Shown here: positions 23,956-34,259 of the stretch, in pieces
Layout: every line of letters starts with the position of its first letter
How positions within the stretch are numbered: the first letter of the stretch is position 1
Assembly (NCBI GenBank): GCA_963668315.1
Contig: OY764216.1
Location: 5,248,001 to 5,312,000, forward strand
Source: Spirochaetia bacterium
GTDB lineage: Bacteria; Spirochaetota; Spirochaetia; DSM-2461
Reading direction: 5' to 3'
DNA: 64,000 bases
Position numbers and translations under genes: made by a program
Notes under the pieces: model-generated
The model's database searches: none
What the model saw: only the letters and a program-made list of their open reading frames with translations
What the model was told of the DNA's origin: nothing

Positions 23956-26271
23956 ATGAAATTCACCAATGGCCAATGGCTTCTTAAAGACGAGTTCACC
24001 CAGCTGAATCCGGTTACCCTGTTCGACCGGGAATTCGACGGTAAAACCCTGACCCTCTACCTGTCCACAAGACCGATCAATTCCCGGTCCAATATGATAG
24101 ACCAGGGATCTCTCACTTTCGAGTTTTCCTCCCCGGGAAAGGGAATCATGGGGGTCCGGGTCTTCCATTATGCCGGAGTGAAGGACAGCGGGGTTCATTT
24201 TGAACTGGAAAGGAAAGACAATGTTCCCCTCACCCTCGAGGAGGAGGGCCCTCTCCTGATTCTCAGCTCGGGGGAGATGTCCGTTCGCATAGATACGGAA
24301 GATTTCGGCTTCGCCTTCTACCGGGGAGAGAAAATGCTTACCGGCAGCAAGGGAAACGCCACGGGATGGCTTCTGAAGGATACGGGTGAAACCTATATGA
24401 AGCAGCAGCTCAGTCTGTCCGTGGGGGAATACCTCTACGGCCTGGGAGAGCGGTTCACTCCCTTTGTCAAAAACGGCCAGACCGTTGAGATGTGGAACGA
24501 GGACGGGGGAACCTCCTCGGAAATTTCCTACAAGAACATTCCCTTTTATCTCTCCAGCCGGGGCTATGCCGTTCTGGTCAACGATCCGGGGAAAATATCC
24601 TTTGAAGCGGGAAGCGAGAATGTACAGAAAATGCAGTTTTCCCTTCCCGGGGAATCGATGGAGTTTTTTCTCTTCTCCGGAGACGATCCCAAGGAGATAC
24701 TGGAGAGCTATACCGGTCTTGCCGGACGTCCTCCCCTGCCCCCTCTCTGGTCCTTCGGCCTGTGGCTGTCCACCTCCTTCACCACCAGTTATGACGAAGA
24801 GACGGTCATGGGTTTCATAGACGGCATGGCCGAAAGGAATATTCCCCTGGAAGTGTTCCATTTCGACTGTTTCTGGATGAAAGGTTTCCAGTGGACCGAC
24901 TTCACCTGGGATGGCGATACCTTTCCCGACCCGGAAGGACTGCTCAAACGGCTCAAGGCCAAGGGTTTAAAAGTCTGCCTGTGGATCAATCCCTACATCG
25001 CCCAGAAATCTCCCCTGTTCAAGGAAGGAGCCGCCAAGGGCTACCTCCTCAAGAGGGAAAACGGAGATATCTGGCAGTGGGACCGGTGGCAGGCCGGGAT
25101 GGGGATCGTGGACTTCACCAATCCCGAGGCGGCCTCCTGGTATGCGGGCTATCTGGGCGATCTGGCGGACATGGGGGTGGATACCTTTAAGACCGACTTC
25201 GGCGAGAGGATCCCCACCGACGTGGTTTACCATAACGGCGCCGATCCGGAAAAAATGCACAATTTCTATACCTATCTGTACAACAAAACCGTATTCGACC
25301 TTCTCAAGGAGAAACGGGGAGCCGGCGAAGCGCTGGTATTCGCCCGTTCCGCCACGGTGGGAGGACAGAAATTTCCCGTCCACTGGGGCGGCGACTGCTG
25401 GGCGACCTACCCCTCCATGGCGGAAAGCCTCAGGGGCGGGCTCTCCCTGGGAATGTGCGGCTTCGGCTACTGGAGCCACGACATGGGCGGATTCGAACAG
25501 ACCGCCGCACCGGACTTGTACAAGAGATGGTGCGCCTTCGGCATGCTCTCCTCCCACAGCCGCCTTCACGGCAGCACATCCGTACGGGTGCCCTGGTCCT
25601 TCGACGACGAGGCCACCGATGTTCTGAGGCACTTCACAGAGCTCAAGAACAGCCTGGCCCCCTACCTTTATGCCGCGGCGGGAGAGGCCAATCAGAGGGG
25701 TATCCCCATGATGAGATCCATGGTCCTGGAATTTCCCGAAGATCCGGCCTGTCTCCCTCTGGACCGGCAGTATATGCTGGGCGATTCCCTTCTGGTGGCG
25801 CCCATCTTCAATGAAGAGGGACGGGGATACTACTATCTGCCCGCGGGAGACTGGACCCATTACTTCACCGGTGAGGTCAAATCGGGGCCCGGTTTCTTTG
25901 AAGGAGATTACAGCTACTTCGACCTTCCCCTCTTTGTAAGACCGAACAGCCTGATCTGCCGGAGCGACGACAGAGAGCATATCTCCTATGGCGACGGGTC
26001 GGGCCTGACACTGGCCCTTTATGAACTGGAAGAGGGGAAGACGGCCTCATGCGAAGTACCCTCTCCCGAAGGCGGTTCGCTCCTTAAAGTGGCGATCGTC
26101 CGGAAAGAGGGAAAGCTCTCCATCTCGACCGAAGGGAAATCCATCCCCTGGAAACTTCTTCTCTGCGGCAAAGCCGACGCGAAGAGCCCCTACCCCTCGG
26201 AAAAAACCGGTGAGGGAACCCTCATCGCCGTACCGGGGGACAAGGCCGGCTGGGAAGTAACCCTGAAATAG
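23956..26271 (+). CDS. yicI: Alpha-xylosidase (GH31)
   Basis: 'MKFTNGQW', 'YGLGERF', 'HFDCFWM', nucleophile 'FKTDFGERIP', 'HWGGDC', 'WSHDMGGF'; AAGGAG RBS. Confidence 0.95.
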   Translation: MKFTNGQWLLKDEFTQLNPVTLFDREFDGKTLTLYLSTRPINSRSNMIDQGSLTFEFSSPGKGIMGVRVFHYAGVKDSGVHFELERKDNVPLTLEEEGPLLILSSGEMSVRIDTEDFGFAFYRGEKMLTGSKGNATGWLLKDTGETYMKQQLSLSVGEYLYGLGERFTPFVKNGQTVEMWNEDGGTSSEISYKNIPFYLSSRGYAVLVNDPGKISFEAGSENVQKMQFSLPGESMEFFLFSGDDPKEILESYTGLAGRPPLPPLWSFGLWLSTSFTTSYDEETVMGFIDGMAERNIPLEVFHFDCFWMKGFQWTDFTWDGDTFPDPEGLLKRLKAKGLKVCLWINPYIAQKSPLFKEGAAKGYLLKRENGDIWQWDRWQAGMGIVDFTNPEAASWYAGYLGDLADMGVDTFKTDFGERIPTDVVYHNGADPEKMHNFYTYLYNKTVFDLLKEKRGAGEALVFARSATVGGQKFPVHWGGDCWATYPSMAESLRGGLSLGMCGFGYWSHDMGGFEQTAAPDLYKRWCAFGMLSSHSRLHGSTSVRVPWSFDDEATDVLRHFTELKNSLAPYLYAAAGEANQRGIPMMRSMVLEFPEDPACLPLDRQYMLGDSLLVAPIFNEEGRGYYYLPAGDWTHYFTGEVKSGPGFFEGDYSYFDLPLFVRPNSLICRSDDREHISYGDGSGLTLALYELEEGKTASCEVPSPEGGSLLKVAIVRKEGKLSISTEGKSIPWKLLLCGKADAKSPYPSEKTGEGTLIAVPGDKAGWEVTLK

Positions 26272-26272
26272 A

Positions 26273-26740
26273 TTACCCGGCGGGAAACAGGGCCAGATAG
26301 ATCTGAATATTCTGGCCCTGGTCGTCTCCGCCGGGCACCCGGTAGATTCCGGCGGCGCCCAGAAAATCCACGGCCAGGGCGGAAAGTTCCCTGGCCAGAT
26401 TCCCGTCGGCCTTGAAGGTCCCCGCCCGGAAAATGTCAAATCCCGTTTTGTCGTAAAGGCCTTTGAGCCGGGAGGCCCGCTCCCGGATGGTGATGCTGAG
26501 ACTCTCGTTGGCCCAGCCCCAGAGCCAGTTTTTGCTGACCGGAGCCAGGGAGCCGATGAGTACCGTGGAAAAACGGCAGGCCCTTTCTCCGGCCTTATCA
26601 AAATGGAGCATGCCCTTTTCCAGATCCAGGCCGTACTCGTCAAAGCCCCCCAGCCCGTAGGTCTTCCTCAGAAGATCCTGTTTCCGGTCCAGTTCGGCAG
26701 CGCACCGGTCGGCATAATCCTGAAGTTCGTTCTCTGTCAT
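26273..26740 (-). CDS. DUF6882-like protein of unknown function
   Basis: 'IGS.A..S.NWLWGWAN.S', 'GIYR.P'; ATGA overlap with the upstream gene. Confidence 0.7.
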   Translation of the reverse strand: MTENELQDYADRCAAELDRKQDLLRKTYGLGGFDEYGLDLEKGMLHFDKAGERACRFSTVLIGSLAPVSKNWLWGWANESLSITIRERASRLKGLYDKTGFDIFRAGTFKADGNLARELSALAVDFLGAAGIYRVPGGDDQGQNIQIYLALFPAG

Positions 26741-27102
26741 CGGCTCAATCCTCCCCTCAGAAGCCTCTCCCTGTCTCTCTTCGGCATTTTGGAAACCACC
26801 AGATGGTAGGATTCGCCGATCCACGCTTGTATCTGTCCATCGGAGACATCACTGTCTGTCATAACGCTGTTCCAGTGCTTCTTATTCATATGATACCCCG
26901 CCGTAACCCCCTCGAAAGTCGCCCGGTATGCCAGGGCGTCGTCGGGATCGCATTTCAGATTGACATAGGAAAAGGAGTTGATGTTCGTCAGGGCGAACAT
27001 TTTACCCGCCACTTTGCACACCAGCGTCTCCTCGTCAAAGGGGAACTCCAGGGTGACTTCCCTGAAAGCAAGGCAGCACTTTTTAAATTCATCTAAAGTC
27101 AT
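26737..27102 (-). CDS. MmcQ/YjbR-family DNA-binding protein
   Basis: 'FPFDEETLVCKVAGKMFAL', 'NLKCDP', 'GYHMNKKHWNSV', 'SYHLV'. Confidence 0.92.
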   Translation of the reverse strand: MTLDEFKKCCLAFREVTLEFPFDEETLVCKVAGKMFALTNINSFSYVNLKCDPDDALAYRATFEGVTAGYHMNKKHWNSVMTDSDVSDGQIQAWIGESYHLVVSKMPKRDRERLLRGGLSR

Positions 27103-27193
27103 TTTCCGTCTCCCGCCGATGATTTTACAAGGGACGGAACTTCCTTTCAAGGGCGGGATTGCCCAGACGGGAAGAACCGGCTAGAATTACTTT

Positions 27194-28198
27194 ATGGAAA
27201 GGGCCAGACGTCGTCGAATAATTATCATCATTTTTCTTTTCTCCCTCTGCGCTGTGGCCATCATCGGGTTCAGATATTTTGAGGAGCTGGATTTTTTCGA
27301 TGCCCTCTGGATGACATTCACCTCCATCCTGACCATCGGCTACGGCGACTTCATCCCCCAGACGACGGGGGGGAGGATTTTCGCTCTCCTCGTGGTGCCC
27401 CTGTGCATCATCGCCTTTACCTATCTGGCGGGAAATATGCTCAGCGCCATCATCGAGTCAAATCTTACCGTACAGTCCAGGAGTAAACGTATGATAAAAA
27501 AGATCCGACGCTCCCAGAAGCACATCATCATCTGCGGGGCAGAGGGAATGTCCGCCCATATCACGGAACAGCTCAAGCAGAAGGGGATCTCCTTTGTCCT
27601 TGTGGACCAGGATGAAAAGAAACTGGAGCCCTATGTGGACGATTACCTTATCGTCGTGGGCGATCCCTCCGAAGAGGAAGTGCTTCTGAAGGCGGGAATT
27701 GAACGGGCCGAGGCCCTTCTGGCCGTCAGAAGCGACGCGGAAAACCTGCTTATCACCCTGACGGCCCGGGAACTGCGCGACGATCTGAACATTATCTGCT
27801 CCGCCGAGAAGCGTGAAAGCGAAAGAAAACTGAAAAAGGCGGGGGCCGCCTTTGTTGTCAATCCCGAAAGAATAGGCGGCAGCCGCATGATCCTGAGCGC
27901 CCTCAAGCCGGCTGCGGTGGATTACATCGACAAATTCTACAGGGACGGCCAGGATGAATTCCATGTGGAGAAATTCCTCCTCACCGACAACTGCTCCCTC
28001 GTGGGGAAGAATCTGAAGCAGGCCAGGCTGCGGGAGATCTATGAAGTATCGGTCATGGGTATTCAGCGGGACGGGCAGATCATGACCAGCGGACTTGTCG
28101 ACTTGACGATGAAGTCCCACGACGCCCTGATCCTCTTCGGGAAAACGGAGAATCTGGAGAAAATGGAGTCTGCCATTGGAGCGGAATCCCTGGCCTGA
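27194..28198 (+). CDS. Two-TM potassium channel with RCK/TrkA-N and TrkA-C domains
   Basis: Selectivity filter 'TIGYGD', 'HIIICG', 'GDPSEEEVLLKAGI'. Confidence 0.93.
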   Translation: MERARRRRIIIIIFLFSLCAVAIIGFRYFEELDFFDALWMTFTSILTIGYGDFIPQTTGGRIFALLVVPLCIIAFTYLAGNMLSAIIESNLTVQSRSKRMIKKIRRSQKHIIICGAEGMSAHITEQLKQKGISFVLVDQDEKKLEPYVDDYLIVVGDPSEEEVLLKAGIERAEALLAVRSDAENLLITLTARELRDDLNIICSAEKRESERKLKKAGAAFVVNPERIGGSRMILSALKPAAVDYIDKFYRDGQDEFHVEKFLLTDNCSLVGKNLKQARLREIYEVSVMGIQRDGQIMTSGLVDLTMKSHDALILFGKTENLEKMESAIGAESLA

Positions 28199-28273
28199 GG
28201 GGGGGCGAAGCTCCCTTAATCCCCCTCTTCCGGGGGCTGTTTATTTCTCCTCTCCTGTGTTATGATGGGGCCC

Positions 28274-28936
28274 ATGAGCCAGGTGGTGTTGATAGCGGGG
28301 AGTGAAACTCTGCTCGGAAGAAAAATCGTGGAAAAGGAACTGGCCCGGGGGAACCGGGTTGTCGCTCCCGTAAGCAGTTCCCGTGAATCCGGTTCGGGCG
28401 AGTCATCCCGTGATAATCTGCTGGTCATACCCTGGAACCGCACATCCCTTTTTTCCGCCAAAACCGTGATACAGGAAACGGTCCGCAAATGGGATACACC
28501 GGACAGAGTCTATATTCTGGACGGGAAAAGCCGGGAGAGCGATCCCTTCTCCGACCTGAGCCTGGCCGATCTCGACAGGATTGTTGACCAGGAGCTCAAG
28601 GGCTTTCTCTATCTGAGCCACCTGATCATTAATCTACTGAAAAAGAAAAACGGCTCCTCCCTCTTTTTCGTCCGCCAGTTTTCCACGGGCAGGGAGAGCG
28701 GGCTGGACAGCGGGTGCGCCGCCTTTTTCAAGGAGATGGCCGATGGGATCATGGCAGAGGGAGAAGAGAGAATCTCCCTTTGCGGCTTCCTGTCCCAGAC
28801 ATCGAACGCCGATGTCTGCGCCGAATCTATTCTGGAATACGCGGTAAGTCTTCCGGATAAGGCCCGGGGGGAGTGGCTGAGGATCGGGGAGAAAAAGAAC
28901 CGATTCACCGTTCTGCCCATAGAAAAGAGAAATTAA
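28274..28936 (+). CDS. Degenerate SDR-like (Rossmann) protein
   Basis: N-terminal 'VVLIAGSETLLGR'; no YxxxK. Start chosen 7 nt after TGn-TATGAT. Confidence 0.6.
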   Translation: MSQVVLIAGSETLLGRKIVEKELARGNRVVAPVSSSRESGSGESSRDNLLVIPWNRTSLFSAKTVIQETVRKWDTPDRVYILDGKSRESDPFSDLSLADLDRIVDQELKGFLYLSHLIINLLKKKNGSSLFFVRQFSTGRESGLDSGCAAFFKEMADGIMAEGEERISLCGFLSQTSNADVCAESILEYAVSLPDKARGEWLRIGEKKNRFTVLPIEKRN

Positions 28937-28960
28937 TCTATTAACCGGAAGAGGTAACCG

Positions 28961-30190
28961 ATGAAATTGTGGATGAAATACTTTATCGCCGTGGCTCTGG
29001 GAATCCTGGCCGGCTTCCTTCTCCCCGCCTACGAAGAGGTGGATGAGATCCTGACTTTTCTGGGAGAGCAGTCGATCAATCTGGGCCGGTACGTCCTTTT
29101 CCCGCTGGTTTTCTTCTCCCTCCCCATTGCGGTCTGCCAGCTTAAAAGGCTGAATAAATTCTCCGCCCTGCTCTTCCGTATCATCCTTTCCACCGTTCTG
29201 GCCACGGCCATTATGCTTACCGTGGGAATGGCGGTTGCCATGCTGCTCCCCTCCGGGCGTATCCCCATCACCATTCAGGAGGATCTGGACTACAGCAATC
29301 CCGGGTTCTCCCAGATTGTGAGCCATGTCATCTCCCCCAATCTCTTTCAGGTTTTCACCGGGGATGCCTCCCTTCTGCTGCCCCTCTGCGCCCTCGCCCT
29401 GTTTTTGGGAATCATCTTCAACTTCGACAAAGAGCAGACAGGACCGGTCTATAATCTCTTTGACTCCTTCTCGCGGATCTTCTACCGGATGAACTGGCAC
29501 ATCATAAAGGTCCAGGCCGTCCTTATCTTCTTCATCTCCTTCGTGACGATCCGCTCCCTGAAGGAGATCAGCGATTTCTCCTTTTACCTTCAGCACATCC
29601 TCATTCTCACCGTCTCTTCGGCGGTCATACTTTTCCTGCTCTACCCTATAACCCTCTATCTGATCGGAGGAAGGGGAAATCCCCTGAACCACGTCTACTC
29701 CATCATGACCCCCCTGCTGACGGGACTGGTAAGCGGCGACATTTTTTTCAACTATGGAATCCTCACCGCCCACCTGAAGGAGAACGAGGGTATTTCACGG
29801 GAAGTGGGCGGCATCGCCGTTCCCCTGCTGACCCTTTTCGCCCGTTCGGGAACGGCCCTGGTCGGCGGCGCCTCTATGCTGCTGATTATCCGCTCCTACA
29901 CCTCCCTTGACCTGACGCCCTATCAGGTTCTCTGGGTGTTCTTCTTCTCCTTTCTCTACTCCTTCGCCCTTTCCCATGCCCCCCGGCTGGGAATCTACGC
30001 CCTTCTCTCCCTGCTCTGCGGTTCCTACGGCCGCGGTCTGGACAGGGGCTACATCCTTCTTCTCCCGATACTTCCCATTCTTATCGGTTTTTCCGCCCTG
30101 CTGGATACGGTCTGCATCGTTCTCCTCTCCCGTATCACCGCCTATAACATGGATCTTCTGGACAATGTTCCTTCCAAAGAATTTCTATAA
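28961..30190 (+). CDS. Dicarboxylate/amino acid:cation symporter (DAACS family), divergent
   Basis: Multi-TM, 'PLVFFSL', 'PNLFQ', 'PL..LFARSGTAL'. Confidence 0.8.
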   Translation: MKLWMKYFIAVALGILAGFLLPAYEEVDEILTFLGEQSINLGRYVLFPLVFFSLPIAVCQLKRLNKFSALLFRIILSTVLATAIMLTVGMAVAMLLPSGRIPITIQEDLDYSNPGFSQIVSHVISPNLFQVFTGDASLLLPLCALALFLGIIFNFDKEQTGPVYNLFDSFSRIFYRMNWHIIKVQAVLIFFISFVTIRSLKEISDFSFYLQHILILTVSSAVILFLLYPITLYLIGGRGNPLNHVYSIMTPLLTGLVSGDIFFNYGILTAHLKENEGISREVGGIAVPLLTLFARSGTALVGGASMLLIIRSYTSLDLTPYQVLWVFFFSFLYSFALSHAPRLGIYALLSLLCGSYGRGLDRGYILLLPILPILIGFSALLDTVCIVLLSRITAYNMDLLDNVPSKEFL

Positions 30191-30200
30191 CAGTAAGTCT

Positions 30201-32429
30201 ATGCCTGTTTTCTCCCCTCTCCGGCTTCTTCCTCTAATCCTCCCGATCCTTCTTTTCTCCTGTGTGCAGGGGAAGTCGAATCAGGTCAGTGAGCCGAAAC
30301 CGGGGGAAACCCTGATCTGCGGCACAGCAGGAACATTTCAGAGCCGTACGCGAAAAAACCGCTCCTGGGAATCCATCGCCTGCGGAGTCATCATGAAGGA
30401 CGGTCAGGAGATAAGAACGGGATCGGACGGGGAAGTTTATCTCAGGACGGGGAGAAATGTTCTCTTCCGGCTCGGTCCCGATACGGAGGTATCCTTCGAC
30501 TATAAAAGCAAGGATGAAGTACTGACGGTCGAACTCTCCAAAGGATCCCTTACGGCGGAAAACCCCGGAATCGGGCTTATCATCCGTCTTCCCCATCTCT
30601 CCCTCTATTCCGGGGAGGGAACGTTTATGCTTAACGCCGTAGAAGAACAGGTGGACATCCACAACCATACCGGCGAGCTGCGCCTTCTGCCGGGCATAGG
30701 AAATCTGGATGACCTGGTTGATCTTCTCAACGAGGATGACCGAGGCTGGGCCGATGAGATACGGGAGAACCAGCGCCCTGTCTTTCCCGGCGAGACCTGG
30801 TATCTGGATGGAGAAGCCCTGCGGGAACAGGGAAAGAAATTCGAACAGCTTCTTCTGGAATTCACCGGCCTTGAACCGGGAAAAATTGAGCTGGAAGAGG
30901 CGATAGAGAACATCCTGTCCATGGATATTACGATTTCGGAGTACACACGCAGCAATTACGATGCTCTACTGAACGGCTTCGACCTTTTCCGGAAGGAGGG
31001 CGATGAGGCCCGGTACCGCCTGACGATCCAATCGGAGGATGAAGCCCATATCCAGACTCCCTACAGCTCGGGCAAGGGACAAATGAACCTGGTGCTTGCC
31101 GAAAATCAGTCTCTCCCCGTGGAGATCTCCCAGCCCGGTTATCAGCGGATAAGCACGGAGCTCTCCCCCCGCCCGGTGCAGGCCTTCTCGGACAGACAGC
31201 TGATTAAACTGTCACGGCTCACCTCCAGGAAAATCGCCATACAGGTCAATCCCCCGGAAAGCGAGATAACCATAAACGGCATCTACGCGGGCAAGGGAAA
31301 TATCGTTCTGGATGTCAAACCGGACGAACCGCTGGAAATGAACCTGACCCTGGAGGGCTACAACGAGCAGTACCTCTATCTGGATGCCGAGCAGGAGTGG
31401 CCTGAAACGTTGGAGCTGGAACTTAAGAAAACCGTGGAGAAAGTCCTCCGCGGAGCCTATCAGGAAGTAATAGGGATCAGCGCCGAGGGAGATGACATCT
31501 ATGTCGCCGACTGGAGCGGTATCGTCTGGTATCTTCACGAACCGTCGGGCTGGAGGCGCTTCAACACACGAACGAGCAACTACCCCAACAACTACTCAGC
31601 GCCGGTCCTCACCGGCAACTATATCTACCTCAGCGGGAAAAGAAACCTGGTGGTCATAAACCGGCTCACCGGCGGCATACTGAATACCATCAGACTTAAC
31701 GACAGGGAGACCCATCTGAACGGCCAGCATGTGGTTCCCCTCGATTATCAGATTCTCTTCCCCACCAAAGACTCCCTGCGCTTCCTGACCGGAGACGGCA
31801 ATAGAATACGGGAAGTGTTCATCCCCGGCGGCTCCCTCATGACGCCCTCGGTCTACGGAGGCAACATCTACACGGCCGCCACGGACGGACAGATATACGA
31901 GATTTCCCCTTCGGGAAAAATACTCCGTTCCCTCGCCACCGGCCTGGAAAGCCCCACGGGGCAGTCAATTGTGTTTAACGACGGCCGGGGATATTTCTGC
32001 GATTCCCGGGGACAGGTCGCCGCCTTCTCCCCCTCCTCCATGACACTGGAGTGGATAAGCGCTCCCCTGGAAGAGAGGCGCAATTTCTTCTGGGATGTGC
32101 AGCTCACCGAAGATCAGGTCTTCTTCTACGGGGGGGAAACCCTCTATGCCCTGGACAGGAACACGGGAAAAAGCCGCCCCCCCATCTCCCGGAACATTCA
32201 GACCTACCCCCTTCTCAAAGCGCCCTATCTATACGCCATGACGGGGGATCAAACCATGACGGTTTTCTCAACCGATACGGGAACGCCGGTAAAGGAGATA
32301 GACCTGGGAATGGAAATAACCAGCCCCATCTATCTCTTTGATGACCGGATAATGGCCGGAGCCTTTGACGGGAATATTCTGATTCTCAATCAGCTGGACT
32401 CTTCTCTCCTGTCCAAACCGATGAAGTAG
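30201..32429 (+). CDS. Lipoprotein with FecR-like, PEGA-like and PQQ/BamB-like beta-propeller regions
   Basis: Lipobox 'LLFSC', 'GQEIRTGSDG...LGPDT' (FecR-like), 'VNPPESEITING...G' (PEGA), repeated 'YALD..TG' propeller blades. Confidence 0.7.
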   Translation: MPVFSPLRLLPLILPILLFSCVQGKSNQVSEPKPGETLICGTAGTFQSRTRKNRSWESIACGVIMKDGQEIRTGSDGEVYLRTGRNVLFRLGPDTEVSFDYKSKDEVLTVELSKGSLTAENPGIGLIIRLPHLSLYSGEGTFMLNAVEEQVDIHNHTGELRLLPGIGNLDDLVDLLNEDDRGWADEIRENQRPVFPGETWYLDGEALREQGKKFEQLLLEFTGLEPGKIELEEAIENILSMDITISEYTRSNYDALLNGFDLFRKEGDEARYRLTIQSEDEAHIQTPYSSGKGQMNLVLAENQSLPVEISQPGYQRISTELSPRPVQAFSDRQLIKLSRLTSRKIAIQVNPPESEITINGIYAGKGNIVLDVKPDEPLEMNLTLEGYNEQYLYLDAEQEWPETLELELKKTVEKVLRGAYQEVIGISAEGDDIYVADWSGIVWYLHEPSGWRRFNTRTSNYPNNYSAPVLTGNYIYLSGKRNLVVINRLTGGILNTIRLNDRETHLNGQHVVPLDYQILFPTKDSLRFLTGDGNRIREVFIPGGSLMTPSVYGGNIYTAATDGQIYEISPSGKILRSLATGLESPTGQSIVFNDGRGYFCDSRGQVAAFSPSSMTLEWISAPLEERRNFFWDVQLTEDQVFFYGGETLYALDRNTGKSRPPISRNIQTYPLLKAPYLYAMTGDQTMTVFSTDTGTPVKEIDLGMEITSPIYLFDDRIMAGAFDGNILILNQLDSSLLSKPMK

Positions 32430-32998
32430 ATCTCAAAGGAATCGCTTCTTACAGCCTTGGGCTTGAGCCTTTTAACCCGGGTGAAAAGAGTTCCCATCAG
32501 TTCAAAAAGCTCCTCTTCGTCGCCTCCCTGAAAAACCTTGACAACCATGGCTCCCCCCGGTCCGACCTGCTCTCCGGCCAGCTTGATAACCAGCTCCACC
32601 AGATCATAGGAACGCCTTGTATCGACCAGACGGTTTCCGCTCGTGTTGGGAGCCGCATCGCTTAACAGAAGGTCATAGGGACCTCTCTCCTTAAGAAAAT
32701 TACCGGCTTCTTCGGTAAAGACGTCACCCTGGTAAAAAGAGAAATTGGGAAATTTTTTGTTCAGATTGAGGGGTTTCAGATCCACCCCGGTCAGCATACC
32801 CTGTCCCTTGAGTTTTTTCAGGACATAGAGGGACCAGCTTCCCGGGGAAGCGCCCACATCCATAACCCTCATTCCCGGTTTGAGCAGGCGGTATTTCTGA
32901 TCTATCTCTTCCAGTTTATATACGGAACGGGCCGGATACCCCTCTTTCTTTGCTTTCTGACTGTAAAAATCCGGTCGGGCTCTCCCCTGTCCTGCCAT
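32390..32998 (-). CDS. rlmE: 23S rRNA U2552 2'-O-methyltransferase (FtsJ/RrmJ)
   Basis: 'AKKEGYPARSVYKL', 'DVGASPGSW', 'SDAAP', 'VKVFQG', 'KPKA.R..S.EIY'. Confidence 0.95.
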   Translation of the reverse strand: MAGQGRARPDFYSQKAKKEGYPARSVYKLEEIDQKYRLLKPGMRVMDVGASPGSWSLYVLKKLKGQGMLTGVDLKPLNLNKKFPNFSFYQGDVFTEEAGNFLKERGPYDLLLSDAAPNTSGNRLVDTRRSYDLVELVIKLAGEQVGPGGAMVVKVFQGGDEEELFELMGTLFTRVKRLKPKAVRSDSFEIYFIGLDRREESS

Positions 32999-33007
32999 TT
33001 TATACTC

Positions 33008-33640
33008 CTAAGCCCGGGAATCGCGGTGTGCCGCTTCGCCGAAAAGATGAATTGTCAAGTCGTATGTATCCTCCGCCCGGCGGAAATCCACTTCCCAGAT
33101 CTCCCCGTTGCGGGCTATCTCTCTGGGATAATCGGGCAGAGTCTTTTCCAGAAAAGCACGGATCAGCCGCAGGGTAACCGCATGGGTGACAACCAGCACG
33201 GCGCCGTCCTTTTCCCGCTCAGCCATCTCCTCCAGAGCCAGGAAAAAAGGTTTGATCCTCTCGGCTATCATGGCATAGGACTCGCCTCCGCCACGGGGAA
33301 TCCAGTCCCACCTTTTTGTCCTGTCCGTCTCGTACCCGGGAGCCTTCTCTATTTCGGCATAGGTCATTCCGGAGAAAGCGCCCAGTTCCTGTTCGGTAAC
33401 CGCCGGTTCGAGAGCCGCTTCCAGTCCGAAGAGACGGCAGAAAGGTTCAGCCGTCTGCCGGGCTCTTAACAGGGGGGAGGAAATGATGTGAGTCGGCGGC
33501 CCCAGGGCTTCCCTGAACTCCCCGGCGATCTCCTCGGCATCACTCTTTCCCCTGTCGGTAAGGGGAAAATCCCGGCGGCTGGCCAGGATATCCTGCCTGT
33601 TGGCCTCGCTCTCTCCATGGCGCATAAAGAAAAGCTTCAC
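33008..33640 (-). CDS. Histidine phosphatase (phosphoglycerate mutase family)
   Basis: 'RHGES', 'SSPLLRARQTA', 'GGES', 'VVTH'. GTG start overlaps the ferritin TAG. Confidence 0.92.
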   Translation of the reverse strand: MKLFFMRHGESEANRQDILASRRDFPLTDRGKSDAEEIAGEFREALGPPTHIISSPLLRARQTAEPFCRLFGLEAALEPAVTEQELGAFSGMTYAEIEKAPGYETDRTKRWDWIPRGGGESYAMIAERIKPFFLALEEMAEREKDGAVLVVTHAVTLRLIRAFLEKTLPDYPREIARNGEIWEVDFRRAEDTYDLTIHLFGEAAHRDSRA

Positions 33641-34179
33641 TACGCTTTTCCCGCTTCATTCATAATGGTGGGCAGAGCCAGTGCGCTGACAGCCCGGGCC
33701 GCCAGTTCCGTGTCCATCTGGAGAATTCCCATACCGTCATTGGCGATAAGTTTCAGCTTCTGAAGGATTTCCGCTGCCGTTGCTTCCTCTTCCACCTGCT
33801 CATCCACGTACCAGGAGAGAAAACTGTCCGAAGCGTAATCATCCAATTCACGGGCCAGTCTCACCAGTTTATTGATCAGGCTGGTAACCAGGGCTTCATG
33901 GGCGATAACCTCTTCGAAAACTTCCACCTGGTCCTTCCACTCGGTTCTTACCTCCTTGATGGGGGAAAGCAGAACCCTGCCGCCTCGTTCATTCAGAAAA
34001 TTGTAGAATTTCATGGCATGCATGGTTTCTTCCATATACTGACTCTTCATCCAGTGGGCGAAACCATTGAGGCTTTTCTCCTCAAACCAGGAGGCCATGC
34101 TCAGATAGAGATAGGCGGAGTGCATCTCTGCATTAATCTGCTCATTAATAGCCTTTTCCATTTTTTTGTCTATGGACAT
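33640..34179 (-). CDS. ftnA: Non-haem ferritin
   Basis: 'NEQINAEMHSAYLYLSM', 'EETMHAMK', 'WYVDEQVEEE'. Confidence 0.95.
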   Translation of the reverse strand: MSIDKKMEKAINEQINAEMHSAYLYLSMASWFEEKSLNGFAHWMKSQYMEETMHAMKFYNFLNERGGRVLLSPIKEVRTEWKDQVEVFEEVIAHEALVTSLINKLVRLARELDDYASDSFLSWYVDEQVEEEATAAEILQKLKLIANDGMGILQMDTELAARAVSALALPTIMNEAGKA

Positions 34180-34259
34180 CTGTTCCTTCCTTAAAAGACG
34201 GTTTATTTAAATATAACAGAAAAAGTAGGGAAAACAAAGTATTTGTCGCCCCGTCGACA

